64,000 bases of DNA from a virus. The stretch lies in IMG/VR virus record IMGVR_UViG_3300045541_000131, positions 32,001 through 96,000 of that record; one strand, written 5' to 3'. A program made the translations under genes and the position numbers. Position 1 is the stretch's first letter, and each line of letters begins with the position of its first letter. A model generated the notes under the pieces. It worked only from the letters and a program-made list of their open reading frames with translations, did no database searches and was not told where the DNA came from. Positions 9,671-19,284 of the stretch are shown here, one piece after another.

Positions 9671-10114
9671 ATGAAAAAGCTATTAACTTTATTAGCATTT
9701 GCTGTATTCTCGACCGCAGCAGTTGCACAAAAACAACCCCCGATGGTCTGCTATGATTGGAAGCTAAATCGTGTAGTCGATGGCGACACTATTGAAGTTG
9801 CCACTCCATGGGTTCCTGATCCTATGCCTAAAAAGATGAGCGTTCGTGTGTTTGGTGTCGACACTCCTGAAAAAGGATTCCGTGCCAAGTGCGATAGCGA
9901 AGCCAAACGCGGCCAAGCTGCTACAGAATTTACCAAAAAGGTAATTACTGCCAGCAACACAGCTAAGGTCTGTGTCGTCGATTGGGACAAGTTCGGTGGT
10001 CGTATGTTGGGCGACATTGTATTAGATAACAATGTTAGCCTACGTGGTCTACTAATACAAAACGGCTTTGCTCGAGAATATTACGGCGAAGCAAAACAAA
10101 GTTGGTGTAATTAA
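9671..10114 (+). CDS. Thermonuclease (SNase-like) with signal peptide
   Basis: RVVDGDTI, R..GVDTPE, DKFGGRMLG and GFAR.Y motifs; N-terminal signal peptide. Confidence 0.88.
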   Translation: MKKLLTLLAFAVFSTAAVAQKQPPMVCYDWKLNRVVDGDTIEVATPWVPDPMPKKMSVRVFGVDTPEKGFRAKCDSEAKRGQAATEFTKKVITASNTAKVCVVDWDKFGGRMLGDIVLDNNVSLRGLLIQNGFAREYYGEAKQSWCN

Positions 10115-10137
10115 AAATGGCCCCTAGGGGCCATTTT
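10114..10137. terminator. Bidirectional intrinsic terminator
   Basis: 24-bp perfect inverted repeat AAAATGGCCCCTAGGGGCCATTTT between convergent genes. Confidence 0.8.
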
Positions 10138-10867
10138 ATTTTTTCTCATAGACAAAATATAATCTGTCATTGTCTTTCTTAAACTCTAGCAGTTTAAGAT
10201 TATATTTTTCCGCAAACTCATTTACAATTTCAAAGCTCCAAGGGAAGATATCGACATAGGGACCTGTCTTGTGGGGAATACCTGGATTTGCTCGCATATA
10301 CATGCGACCTCCCTGAGCTAATAATTCTATACAACGGCCAAATCGCTGTTCAATTTCTTCTCTGCTATTAAAATTGATACTGCCTAAGGCCATAATAACA
10401 TCATGTGATCCGGACTTAACTTTATAGTCCAGAATGTCCACCATGTAGTCAGCGCAGTTATTATAAGGGTCAATGCCCACAATGTTTTGTATGCGTTCTT
10501 TAAATGGATGATAACCGCAGCCTACATCTAGAACAGAGTTGGGATTTAATTTATTAATTTCGTCAACTAGTTGCCAACCCGTATAATCGTATTCCCCGGT
10601 TCTGGGTTTCCATATTTCACCAAAAAATCTGTTGATATAGCGCTCACTGAGATCCGCAGTAATACTGCGAACAGTGCCGATATAATCACAAGGTAAATGC
10701 AATTCTGCTTCAACAGCATCTTTAAATTTACGATAGCGAGCAGGCGTCCACGGCAAATCTTGCACTACAGTATTTTCGTCTAGGCCGTCAGAAATTTTTT
10801 GATATTTGGGCAAATTAAAGGCTTGCTTTAAATTTTTTATTAAAAGTGCAAAAATTTTAGTATTCAT
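10136..10867 (-). CDS. Class I SAM-dependent methyltransferase with an extra N-terminal helical domain
   Basis: VLDVGCG motif I, then GID, DVI..GSINF and L..GG; ~75-aa N-terminal extension. Confidence 0.75.
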   Translation of the reverse strand: MNTKIFALLIKNLKQAFNLPKYQKISDGLDENTVVQDLPWTPARYRKFKDAVEAELHLPCDYIGTVRSITADLSERYINRFFGEIWKPRTGEYDYTGWQLVDEINKLNPNSVLDVGCGYHPFKERIQNIVGIDPYNNCADYMVDILDYKVKSGSHDVIMALGSINFNSREEIEQRFGRCIELLAQGGRMYMRANPGIPHKTGPYVDIFPWSFEIVNEFAEKYNLKLLEFKKDNDRLYFVYEKK

Positions 10868-10936
10868 ATTAAAAAAATTGGATTAAGAACTAAATATTCC
10901 AACATATTAATTATATATTCTTTTTAACCTTATTTT

Positions 10937-11569
10937 ATGCGATACATATTCATGGCCGGAGTTCCTGGCAGCAAATGGAGCAGCGTTAGTAAAAACATCT
11001 ACTATAGCTCTAATATTGACCGTAGCGACTATACTGATGAGCGTACATATTATCACGATGCGTCAGGTAAATTAGAATTGATGCACACGGGTGCTTACTT
11101 TGACCCTGGCATGGAATTTGGCAGCTTTTTTGACAGATTAAATCAAGCAACTAAAAGTCAATGTGAATACGAATTCAATCGTGCATTTAACAAACCGTTT
11201 CAAAAAGAACACTATCGTATTATCAAAAGCCACGTGTTCTGCAATCACATTGACTACTTGAAAGCCACATGGCCAGAAAGCCCTGTTATTTTAGTTCATC
11301 GAACAGATGACGCTAGCTTAGGATGGTGGGTCAAGTGCGGTCACTTTAACATCACTTATCCCTTGTACAATGACTATTACAAAGACCTTGCCACAATGGC
11401 TAAAATTATTAAAAGCCAAAATCAAAACTTACTAACAGCCTGGGAAAAGTATTCTGGAATTGAAGTTAAAAACAATACTGAATTGGCCGACAGCTTGGGT
11501 ATTCGTAGACCTCCGCAAGAATACAAACAAGATTATATAAAATCTGACATACGAGTAAAAGTTATCTAA
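10937..11569 (+). CDS. P-loop / sulfotransferase-like protein
   Basis: N-terminal F.AGVPGSKWS, plus IIKSH and VILVHR patterns as in sulfotransferase-fold proteins. Confidence 0.5.
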   Translation: MRYIFMAGVPGSKWSSVSKNIYYSSNIDRSDYTDERTYYHDASGKLELMHTGAYFDPGMEFGSFFDRLNQATKSQCEYEFNRAFNKPFQKEHYRIIKSHVFCNHIDYLKATWPESPVILVHRTDDASLGWWVKCGHFNITYPLYNDYYKDLATMAKIIKSQNQNLLTAWEKYSGIEVKNNTELADSLGIRRPPQEYKQDYIKSDIRVKVI

Positions 11570-13009
11570 ATGGAATACGCACTTTGGTTAGTACTGGGTA
11601 CTGTTTATGGATTGCTTATTGGCATTATACCCATGGCTGGTGCTACTACAGGCTTGCTGACTGTGTTTGCACTCAGTGACCAGTTTCTTGCTAATCCATA
11701 TCTTGGCATTATCTTTTTAACTAGCCTAGTGGCAGCGTCCAGTACTGGCGACAGTTTTACCAGTATCTTAACTGGCATACCTGGCAGCAATACTACCGCG
11801 GCTAGTATCATTGACGGATACAAAATGGCACAACAAGGGCAAGCTGCCAGAGCATTAGGCATTGCTATTATGGACAGCACTATCAACGGCATTATTTGGG
11901 GTTTGATTGCTTTTGCTCTGATGCCATTGTACGCAAAACTAATTTTAATATTTGGTATACCCGAGTTCCTTGCCTTTATGATTATAGCACTGGCTTGTGT
12001 GGGATTTATTGCCAGCAGAAATGTTTGGCTTAGTTTAACAGGTATCGGACTGGGAATATTTTTAGGATTCATCGGGCAAAACCCTGCCACAGGTGTTGCT
12101 AGATTTACTGGCGGCTGGGAATACTTAGAAGCCGGCATACAGATCATTCCTTTGATAGCAGGCCTATTTGGCATACCAGAAATAGTTGAAGGATTTAGAA
12201 ATAAAAGTCCCAGGGCTGCTGCAATTACTAATTACTGGAATCAACTGTTCCAAGGATTCAAAGACTGCGTTATACACTGGCGCGATATGATGCGTGGCGG
12301 CGTTATTGGGTTCTTTACTGGATTGTTACCAGGCATTGGCGGGACAATTGGCGACATCATGGCCTATGGTGCTACTGTGGCCAAATATCCCAATGAAAAG
12401 TTTGGCAACGGGAATGTCAAAGGGCTGTTGGGCTGTGAAGGTGCTAATAATGCACAAAAAGCGGGGAGTCTGGTTCCGACAGTTTTATTTGGCATTCCCG
12501 CTGCACCTTTCGCTGCGGTGCTGATGGCCATCTGTGTTTACTTTGGCATGGAGCTAGGCAGTCCGCAACTACCACAAGATGAAAAGTTTTTATGGAGTCT
12601 CGGCGGTGCGTTTATAGCCAGCACAATTTTAGTGCTGTTTATATCTGTGTTTACAGTTAGACTGGTAGTAAAGCTATTAGAAATACCTTATTGGATTTAT
12701 GCCACACTGATATTGTCAGTAATAGTTTGGAGTTCCATGGAATATACAGGAACAATTAATGACTTGTATATTTTGATATTGTGCAGTATATTAGGGTTGA
12801 TTTGTAAGTATGCAAAGATCAGCAGACCAGCAGTTATGGTTTCCTTTATTCTAGCAGAGCGTCTAGAAAAATACAGCCTGCAGACATTTACCTTATATCA
12901 ACCCGAAGATTTATTACATCGTCCACTGTTTATGATTTTAATAGCAGTAGCTATTGTAGTCATTGTTTACAGTTTAACAAAGAAAAATCGTGGTATTGAT
13001 TATCACTAA
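11570..13009 (+). CDS. tctA: Tripartite tricarboxylate transporter large permease (TctA family)
   Basis: Polytopic membrane protein with G..G.IP..G, ILTGIPG, DGY.MA.QG.A..AL, GLLPGIG, EGANNA and LFGIP motifs. Confidence 0.88.
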   Translation: MEYALWLVLGTVYGLLIGIIPMAGATTGLLTVFALSDQFLANPYLGIIFLTSLVAASSTGDSFTSILTGIPGSNTTAASIIDGYKMAQQGQAARALGIAIMDSTINGIIWGLIAFALMPLYAKLILIFGIPEFLAFMIIALACVGFIASRNVWLSLTGIGLGIFLGFIGQNPATGVARFTGGWEYLEAGIQIIPLIAGLFGIPEIVEGFRNKSPRAAAITNYWNQLFQGFKDCVIHWRDMMRGGVIGFFTGLLPGIGGTIGDIMAYGATVAKYPNEKFGNGNVKGLLGCEGANNAQKAGSLVPTVLFGIPAAPFAAVLMAICVYFGMELGSPQLPQDEKFLWSLGGAFIASTILVLFISVFTVRLVVKLLEIPYWIYATLILSVIVWSSMEYTGTINDLYILILCSILGLICKYAKISRPAVMVSFILAERLEKYSLQTFTLYQPEDLLHRPLFMILIAVAIVVIVYSLTKKNRGIDYH

Positions 13010-13018
13010 GGAGAAAAA

Positions 13019-14092
13019 ATGAAACTTAAGACTATTTTTAAAACTCTTGTTGCTGCTGCCGTGCTGGCCGCATCCACTGCTCATGCAGAATTTAGAATGA
13101 TTGTTCCGCAGGGCCCGGGTCAAGGAACTAGTGTTTGGGCAGGTATCATTGCCAAGCACTTGGAAAAGCAACTGGGAGAAAAGGTTGTTATTCAACATAT
13201 TCCAGGTGCCAAAGACATTCCAGGCTTTAACGAATTCCACAATAAACTACGCATGGATAACAATACCATTATGGTCAGCCATGGTGGTAATGGTGTTAGT
13301 TTCTTAGTTGACAAGGTAGACTATGACTACAGTCAATATGAAAGCATTGGTATGCAGAACCTAAACATTGTGTTAGGTCGTAAAGAATCAATGGATCCAA
13401 AAAACCCTGCCAGTGTAGCCAGACTAGCTGGTGGCAGTGGCTTAGAGCCTGATGGCATGGCAGTGGCTATGTTGATGTGCGGCAACTTGCCTAAGAAGGA
13501 AGACTATCTTGCCTGCTTTAAAAAGCGTGTAATTTGGGTCAACGGTATTCCAGGAGCCGAACGTAGACTAGGATTTATGCGCGGCGAATTGAATACTACT
13601 CGTGAAACTACTGTTGCTTGGTTTAAGTTCTATACCAGTGTAGCAGAAAACAAACTATGGTTCCATCATGGCATTTATGATCTTAAGACAGGACGAGTAG
13701 GAGACGATCCTAACTTTCCCAAGGGCTATAAGTTTGAAGATGTGTTCAAGAGTATCCATGGCGTTGCACCCAAGGGCGAATTCTTTGAAGCTTATCAACT
13801 AAGCAGAACATTCCGTGATGTACTACAAAAGGCCTTATGGGTCAACAAAGGCAATCCTAATACACAAAGACTTCGTGCTGCTGTTCAGCGTATGATTACT
13901 GATCCAGAAGCTGCTGCTGCTCTAGAAGCAGACACTGGTAAATATGAATGGATTACAGGCGACGAAGGCAATAGAGTTGTAGATCGTCTACGCAGAAATG
14001 TCACTGAAAAGAAACTACAAGATCTAGTATGGTGGCACGATAATGCTTATGGATTCAAGAGTGAATTCAAACCACAATTGGTAATAAAATAA
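13019..14092 (+). CDS. TctC/Bug-like periplasmic substrate-binding protein (divergent)
   Basis: Signal peptide (AHA), then MIVP.GPG.GT...A.IIA..L...LG..VVI..IPG; adjacent to tctA. Confidence 0.7.
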   Translation: MKLKTIFKTLVAAAVLAASTAHAEFRMIVPQGPGQGTSVWAGIIAKHLEKQLGEKVVIQHIPGAKDIPGFNEFHNKLRMDNNTIMVSHGGNGVSFLVDKVDYDYSQYESIGMQNLNIVLGRKESMDPKNPASVARLAGGSGLEPDGMAVAMLMCGNLPKKEDYLACFKKRVIWVNGIPGAERRLGFMRGELNTTRETTVAWFKFYTSVAENKLWFHHGIYDLKTGRVGDDPNFPKGYKFEDVFKSIHGVAPKGEFFEAYQLSRTFRDVLQKALWVNKGNPNTQRLRAAVQRMITDPEAAAALEADTGKYEWITGDEGNRVVDRLRRNVTEKKLQDLVWWHDNAYGFKSEFKPQLVIK

Positions 14093-14805
14093 TGGCATAT
14101 AAAGATCAGGGTCAATACGAAAGTTCATGGGAATGGACTCGTGCAAACAGCCGGTATCACTTTGACTACACTCGCAGAGATCAGCCCGGGGAATATTATT
14201 TCCCCTTGGGTAGATTTGAAGGTGATTGGTCCGCAGAGCTTGCTGACACTATGGAACGCATGACCAGTCCTATAACATGGGCTACAAGAAAATACAGTCC
14301 CTACTACAACAAAGAAGACGGTACTAAGATTCAAAGCACTATGATCGAACAAGAAGAAAATGATCTTAAACGATCAGGCTTTGATGTTAATCTACAGCTA
14401 ACTGATGTGTTGGAAAAAGACGACATTGGTCCTATGATCTCGAAGATGTATGAATTTTTTGCCATAGATAATCCATGGGTGAGATTGCACATACAAAAGC
14501 CCGGGCAGATGTTTAATCTGCACATAGACAAATTGTATGAGCGTTCAGATGATCCCATGGATACTGTGAGAATAATTGTGCATTTGGCAGATTGGGAACC
14601 CGGACAGTTTTATCAGTATGGCACTTACACTCTAAGTCATTGGCGTGCTGGTGATATTCATACTTTTGATTGGCCCAATGTTCCCCATGCCACTGCTAAT
14701 GCTAGCCACAGTCTACGACCAACTTTAATGATGACTGGTCTTAAAACTGCAAGAACTAGAGAAATTCTAGCGGCTGCAACAGCTGATTCAATATATCGTA
14801 TATGA
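14092..14805 (+). CDS. Fe(II)/2-oxoglutarate oxygenase-like (cupin) protein
   Basis: QKPGQ...HID...W.AGD..F.....PHATANA....R facial-triad layout. Confidence 0.65.
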   Translation: MAYKDQGQYESSWEWTRANSRYHFDYTRRDQPGEYYFPLGRFEGDWSAELADTMERMTSPITWATRKYSPYYNKEDGTKIQSTMIEQEENDLKRSGFDVNLQLTDVLEKDDIGPMISKMYEFFAIDNPWVRLHIQKPGQMFNLHIDKLYERSDDPMDTVRIIVHLADWEPGQFYQYGTYTLSHWRAGDIHTFDWPNVPHATANASHSLRPTLMMTGLKTARTREILAAATADSIYRI

Positions 14806-15431
14806 AACATTTTATAGTGCTTACCGGGCCGCAAGGCTCGGGTAATCACATGTGGAGTAAAATCTTTAGCTTACATAAAGACGTCTATGGCTGGAGTGAC
14901 CTAAACAACGAATTCTGGATAGGTCACGACAGAGAACCATTTAATACTTATTGGAAAAACATTAGTGCATTAAAAGATTTTGATTGGCAGCAAAGTGATT
15001 ACTATGTTTCCAGCATCAGTGTTCCCTACATGGAAAACGGTATGGCTACTGTACCAAAGATTAATGAATTTGTCGAATGTCTAGAATCTCTGGATATCAA
15101 AGCCACTGTCTGTGTTATTGGGCGTGATAAAAATATATTGTCCATGCAAGAACAACGACTCAGACTAGCAGAAACTTATCATCAAGCTCTCGAAGTATAC
15201 CAAAACTTGCCCATGGACAAAACTTACTTTTTAAGTCACGAGTTGTTGATTTTATATAGGCATCAATACTTAAATAAAATAAGCAAAGATTTAAATTTTC
15301 CCGTCGATGTTAGTAATTCCAAAGTCGAAGACATTCTCGGCGAAAATGCAAACAAAAAATATCTAAGACCCATCGACGATCATTGGGTTGATGATTTAGC
15401 AAGAAATAGTTCAAGGAAATGGCATGACTAA
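14802..15431 (+). CDS. P-loop / sulfotransferase-like protein
   Basis: IVLTGPQGSGNH.WS N-terminal loop, plus VIGRD and FLSHE patterns. Confidence 0.5.
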   Translation: MKHFIVLTGPQGSGNHMWSKIFSLHKDVYGWSDLNNEFWIGHDREPFNTYWKNISALKDFDWQQSDYYVSSISVPYMENGMATVPKINEFVECLESLDIKATVCVIGRDKNILSMQEQRLRLAETYHQALEVYQNLPMDKTYFLSHELLILYRHQYLNKISKDLNFPVDVSNSKVEDILGENANKKYLRPIDDHWVDDLARNSSRKWHD

Positions 15432-16275
15432 AAAGATTTTGATTATGGGTTTACCCGGTGCCGGCAAGACTTATTTTGCTGAGCGTCTCAAAGCTTGGCT
15501 CGAACGCAACGGCGAAGCATCTGCAGAGCGTTTAAGTCAATACGAGATGTTACCCAGTGCTATGGAACTACGAGCAAAAGTAGATTGGTTCAATGCCGAT
15601 GATGTTCGCAGAAAATACAACGACTGGGACTTTAGTAAGGAAGGTCGTATTCGTCAAAGTTTACGTATGTTTGAATTTGCGCTTCGTTGTAGCGGCGAAT
15701 ATGTAATCTGTGACTTTGTTGCACCTTTGCCCGAAATGCGAGCAAACTTCAAAGCAGACTGGACAATTTGGATTGACACTATTGATGCAGGTCGTTATGA
15801 AGACACTAACAAAGCATTCGTAGCACCAGATGTCTATGACTTCCGCATCACTGAACAAAACGCAGAGAAGTGGGTAGAGTTTGTGGGTCAACATATCATT
15901 GAAGATCGCCGTAGACCAGTATTTGACTGGCGCAAAGAAACTGTACAGATGTTGGGTCGCTGGCAACCATGGCATCCAGGTCATCGTGCTTTGTTTGAGC
16001 GTAGTATTGCTAAAACAGGACAGGTTTGCATCATGATTCGCGATTGTCAAGGTTGGAATGGATCAAATCCTTTTGACTTTGAACAAGTAAAGAATTTTAT
16101 CAAGCGTGATTTAGATCCATTATATCAAGGCCAATATACTATTCAACTGGTGCCTAATATTGTAAACATCACTTATGGCAGAGATGTTGGCTATAAGATT
16201 GAACAAGAAGTGTTCGATGATGCCACACATGCTATCAGTGCTACAAAAATTCGTAAACAAATGGGCATAGAGTGA
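15424..16275 (+). CDS. cysC: Adenylyl-sulfate (APS) kinase-like domain fused to an HxGH nucleotidyltransferase domain
   Basis: GLPGAGKT, NADDVR, DFS.EGR and DFVAP motifs; C-terminal GRWQPWHPGH and ISAT.IR. Confidence 0.72.
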   Translation: MTKKILIMGLPGAGKTYFAERLKAWLERNGEASAERLSQYEMLPSAMELRAKVDWFNADDVRRKYNDWDFSKEGRIRQSLRMFEFALRCSGEYVICDFVAPLPEMRANFKADWTIWIDTIDAGRYEDTNKAFVAPDVYDFRITEQNAEKWVEFVGQHIIEDRRRPVFDWRKETVQMLGRWQPWHPGHRALFERSIAKTGQVCIMIRDCQGWNGSNPFDFEQVKNFIKRDLDPLYQGQYTIQLVPNIVNITYGRDVGYKIEQEVFDDATHAISATKIRKQMGIE

Positions 16276-16496
16276 ACAAGTATCACATTCGGTTTAATAC
16301 CAAACACGACGGCAGTGATTTAGTTTGGCGTATCTTTGAAAATGGTGTAGAACATCTAGCAACAGATGTTCGCATCATCGGCGAAACTTATACTGAATGC
16401 ACCGAAGAGCATGGCGAAACTAAGTGGAATATAGCCTGCAAAGGTCGTTTGGTATGGGTGGATAAGGTCGCTGTGATCGTTACCGGAAAAGATTAA
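16272..16496 (+). CDS. Hypothetical protein
   Basis: 74-aa ORF, translationally coupled on both sides. Confidence 0.6.
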   Translation: MNKYHIRFNTKHDGSDLVWRIFENGVEHLATDVRIIGETYTECTEEHGETKWNIACKGRLVWVDKVAVIVTGKD

Positions 16497-16699
16497 TGAA
16501 TGAATCTAATACTCGTAGTCTTGTAAAAACCGTAAGTTGGCGCTTGACTGGTTCGGGCGCCACTTTTTTGATTGCTTATCTTATATCAGGCAACTTAACT
16601 GTGGGCGGAACTATTGCTGTTATTCAGTTAGTGTCTAATACTATTTTATATTATATACACGAAAGAATTTGGAATCGTATTAATTGGGGTAAAAAATAA
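16496..16699 (+). CDS. Small membrane protein (DUF2061-like)
   Basis: RSLVKTVSWR...LYY.HERIW.RI.WG. Confidence 0.75.
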   Translation: MNESNTRSLVKTVSWRLTGSGATFLIAYLISGNLTVGGTIAVIQLVSNTILYYIHERIWNRINWGKK

Positions 16700-16707
16700 A
16701 TAGTTTA

Positions 16708-16806
16708 ACACCTTAGGACCGTTACTCAGTTATCTGAGCCTAAGGCGTCCGGCGGCTGCTGCCGGTGTTGCCCGGATTCGCTACCCTGAGGCGCACGAAG
16801 TGAGCA
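16708..16806 (+). ncRNA. Candidate structured RNA: three stems and a possible pseudoknot (family not recognised)
   Basis: GC-rich intergenic island after TAAATA (16697). Stems: CCTTAGG/CCTAAGG, CTCAG/CTGAG, CCGGCG/TGCCGG, GTGTTGCC/GGCGCAC. Loop TTCGCT is complementary to the AGTGAG tail. Confidence 0.6.
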
Positions 16807-16819
16807 TTTATTTTTGACT

Positions 16820-17374
16820 ATGAAAACAATTATACTTGTAGCATTACCCGAAGAACTAGACAGCAGTCTAGTTGATGTGCCCGTTGTTTATACAGGAGTG
16901 GGCATCAGCAATGCTGCTATGATGACCTATGATGCTATAATAGAGCATAGTCCAGACTTAGTCATCAACTATGGTAGCGCAGGTAGTTTGAAAAACTACA
17001 AAGGATTATTGCCTGTTAATCGTGTTTGCCAGCGTGATGCAGATTGTAGCCCGTTACGTGATCGTGGCTACATGTTAGGTGAAAATGTGTTATACTATCA
17101 TAGCGGCGAAGATGGTGTTTATTGCGGCAGTGGCAATAACTTTGTTACAAAGCCCGATACTTGGACGCTAAATCATTGCGATATTGTCGATATGGAACTT
17201 TGGAGCATAGCTAAAGTTTGCGAATACCACAATGTTCGGTGGATCAGCCGCAAATGGATCAGCGATAATGCTGATAGCGAAGCGGGAAACACATGGGAAA
17301 CAGCACTAGCAGCAGGTCAGCAAGAATTCATCAAATGGTTTAAGTCAGGTAAATATACTAATATCTGCCCTTAA
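16820..17374 (+). CDS. MTA/SAH nucleosidase-like protein (PNP/UDP family)
   Basis: VALPEE, YTGVG..NAA, VINYGSAG, VDME..IA and KWISDNAD motifs. Confidence 0.82.
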   Translation: MKTIILVALPEELDSSLVDVPVVYTGVGISNAAMMTYDAIIEHSPDLVINYGSAGSLKNYKGLLPVNRVCQRDADCSPLRDRGYMLGENVLYYHSGEDGVYCGSGNNFVTKPDTWTLNHCDIVDMELWSIAKVCEYHNVRWISRKWISDNADSEAGNTWETALAAGQQEFIKWFKSGKYTNICP

Positions 17375-17377
17375 ACT

Positions 17378-18658
17378 ATGAAAATCCAGCAATTAATCAC
17401 AGAAACAGTCGACGGTAAAAATCTCCATCTCGAGCATCTGGATGATGAGATTTGGAATCGTGGACATCAAGGTGCCGTTGAAGCACTACAATACTTAGAA
17501 GGTGCTGCTGGCTTATTGCTTGGATCTAGCGATCAAAAGTATTTTGCTACTAAAAAGTGGGATGGTAGCCCAGCATTGCTAGTAGGCACAGATCCCGAAA
17601 CTGGCGCTTTTGTTATGGGCGACAAAGGCATTTTTAGTGCAACAAAAGAAAACAGAATATACAAGGCCGGCGATGTAGATCGTGTAAAGCCTGACAAAGA
17701 AGTTAAAGGCCAGAAAGTAGATCGTAGTGATCTTAGAACTAAACTCAAAACAGCCTTTAACTACTTAAAAGACTTAAACTACGGCGACAAGATTTTACAA
17801 GGCGATTTGCTTTGGACACAAGGCGACGGTCAAAGCGGATTCCAAATGATCGACGGCGTTAACTATTGGACATTTACTCCTAACTTGTTAACTTATGCTG
17901 TTCCAGCCGACACACCTCTGGCACAGCGCATGAGCAAGGCTAAGGTGGGTATTGTGTTTCATACAACCTATGAAGGTGGTCCTACTCTTAAAAACATGTC
18001 GGCGAGATTTGGTGCTGACATCGGTGAAATAGGCAGCACACCTTATATCTATGTTCGTGATGCTACAATTAAAGATGTTAGCGGCAGCGTAACACTAACA
18101 CAACGCGAAAGCAACATGTTGGAAATGGCCGTTGCTGAATTATGGAACTACTTGTCGGCAATCGGTGAAGAAACATTTAAATGGTTAGAAAGTTCAGTGG
18201 CCGGGCATAGCCTACGAGACTTAATCAAGATAGACATTAACAAAATGGTTCGTGCTGGTGCCATGGATCAGCCAGAAGCGTATGTTCAGCAGTTCCTTAA
18301 GAGATTAGCTGAAAGATTGACTGCTGACATTGAAAAACTAAAGACACAAGCTGGTCAGGATCGCAAGCGTGCCGCACAAGAAGAAGCATTAAAATATATT
18401 CAGCAGCACACTGAAAGCATTGAAAATGTTTACTTGTTGTTCATTGGTATTCAGCGTGTTAAAGATGTTTTACAGAAACACTACGCAGCTATTCGTCAAA
18501 TAGATACATTTATTGCCAGACCAGATGGCAGCTTTGATGTTAAACCCGAAGAAGGTGTAGTCATTGTTGACCATTTAGGCAAAGGCGGCAAGGAAGCAGT
18601 TAAGATTGTAGACAGATTAGATTTCAGTCGCGAAAACTTTGAAAAGGCTCGAGGATGA
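17378..18658 (+). CDS. ATP-dependent ligase-fold protein (DUF6267-like) with capsid-targeting-like leader
   Basis: MKIQQLITE leader, NLHLEH, KWDG (KxDG motif I), QGDLL, EGVV and KIVDR.FS..NF. Confidence 0.65.
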   Translation: MKIQQLITETVDGKNLHLEHLDDEIWNRGHQGAVEALQYLEGAAGLLLGSSDQKYFATKKWDGSPALLVGTDPETGAFVMGDKGIFSATKENRIYKAGDVDRVKPDKEVKGQKVDRSDLRTKLKTAFNYLKDLNYGDKILQGDLLWTQGDGQSGFQMIDGVNYWTFTPNLLTYAVPADTPLAQRMSKAKVGIVFHTTYEGGPTLKNMSARFGADIGEIGSTPYIYVRDATIKDVSGSVTLTQRESNMLEMAVAELWNYLSAIGEETFKWLESSVAGHSLRDLIKIDINKMVRAGAMDQPEAYVQQFLKRLAERLTADIEKLKTQAGQDRKRAAQEEALKYIQQHTESIENVYLLFIGIQRVKDVLQKHYAAIRQIDTFIARPDGSFDVKPEEGVVIVDHLGKGGKEAVKIVDRLDFSRENFEKARG

Positions 18659-19284
18659 GATTACTAGAATTAAAAGGCGGGCGTAGACTTATAGTCGTAT
18701 ACGGTGGCGGCTTTCAGCCTTTTCATGTGGGACACATGAGCAGTTACTTACAAGGCAAGGCAGCATTTCCTGATGCTGACTTTTATGTTGCTGCCAGTAA
18801 TGTAACCAGCGAGCGTCCAATACCTTTTACTGAAAAGAAATTTTTAGCACAACAAGCTGGTGTTAGTGATCCTGTTGTTCAAGTGGGCACTATGAGTTAT
18901 ACAAATGATGCTGGCCGTAAAGTAACCAGCACTCCATTGAATCCTTTAGAAGTTTTACAAAAATACGATCCAAACAAAGATGTCCTAGTTATTCTACGCA
19001 GCGAGCGTGATCCAATGAAGACCACAGCCACTAGTTATTATCAGCCATGGCAAGGTATGGAAGCAGCAGAACCATTCGGCGAGCATGCTTATATTTTTGT
19101 AACTAAGAAACATGACTTTACTCTCTGCGGCAAAGATGTATGTAGCGGCACACAAGTTCGTAACATGTATCAAGAAGCCAATGACAAAGAAAGATTAAAT
19201 TTAATCAAACAACTATATCCCAGTGCTACTAATGAAGTAAAAATAAAGAAAATATTAGACAGCAGATTAGGTTCAGCAACATGA
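18655..19284 (+). CDS. HxGH-family nucleotidyltransferase with capsid-targeting-like leader
   Basis: MRLLEL leader; GGGFQPFHVGH and SGTQVR motifs. Confidence 0.75.
   Translation: MRLLELKGGRRLIVVYGGGFQPFHVGHMSSYLQGKAAFPDADFYVAASNVTSERPIPFTEKKFLAQQAGVSDPVVQVGTMSYTNDAGRKVTSTPLNPLEVLQKYDPNKDVLVILRSERDPMKTTATSYYQPWQGMEAAEPFGEHAYIFVTKKHDFTLCGKDVCSGTQVRNMYQEANDKERLNLIKQLYPSATNEVKIKKILDSRLGSAT

Noticed and set aside
10937-16699. Host chromosomal DNA or prophage boundary at the transporter cluster
   Set aside because: Composition, gene packing and TAAATA motifs match the flanking phage genes, and no integrase or att-like repeat was seen.
16708-16806. tRNA, SAH/SAM-II riboswitch, or hammerhead/pistol ribozyme as the identity of the structured element
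   Set aside because: There is no cloverleaf or TTCGA T-loop, and the conserved cores I recall for those families are not present. Kept as an unassigned RNA.
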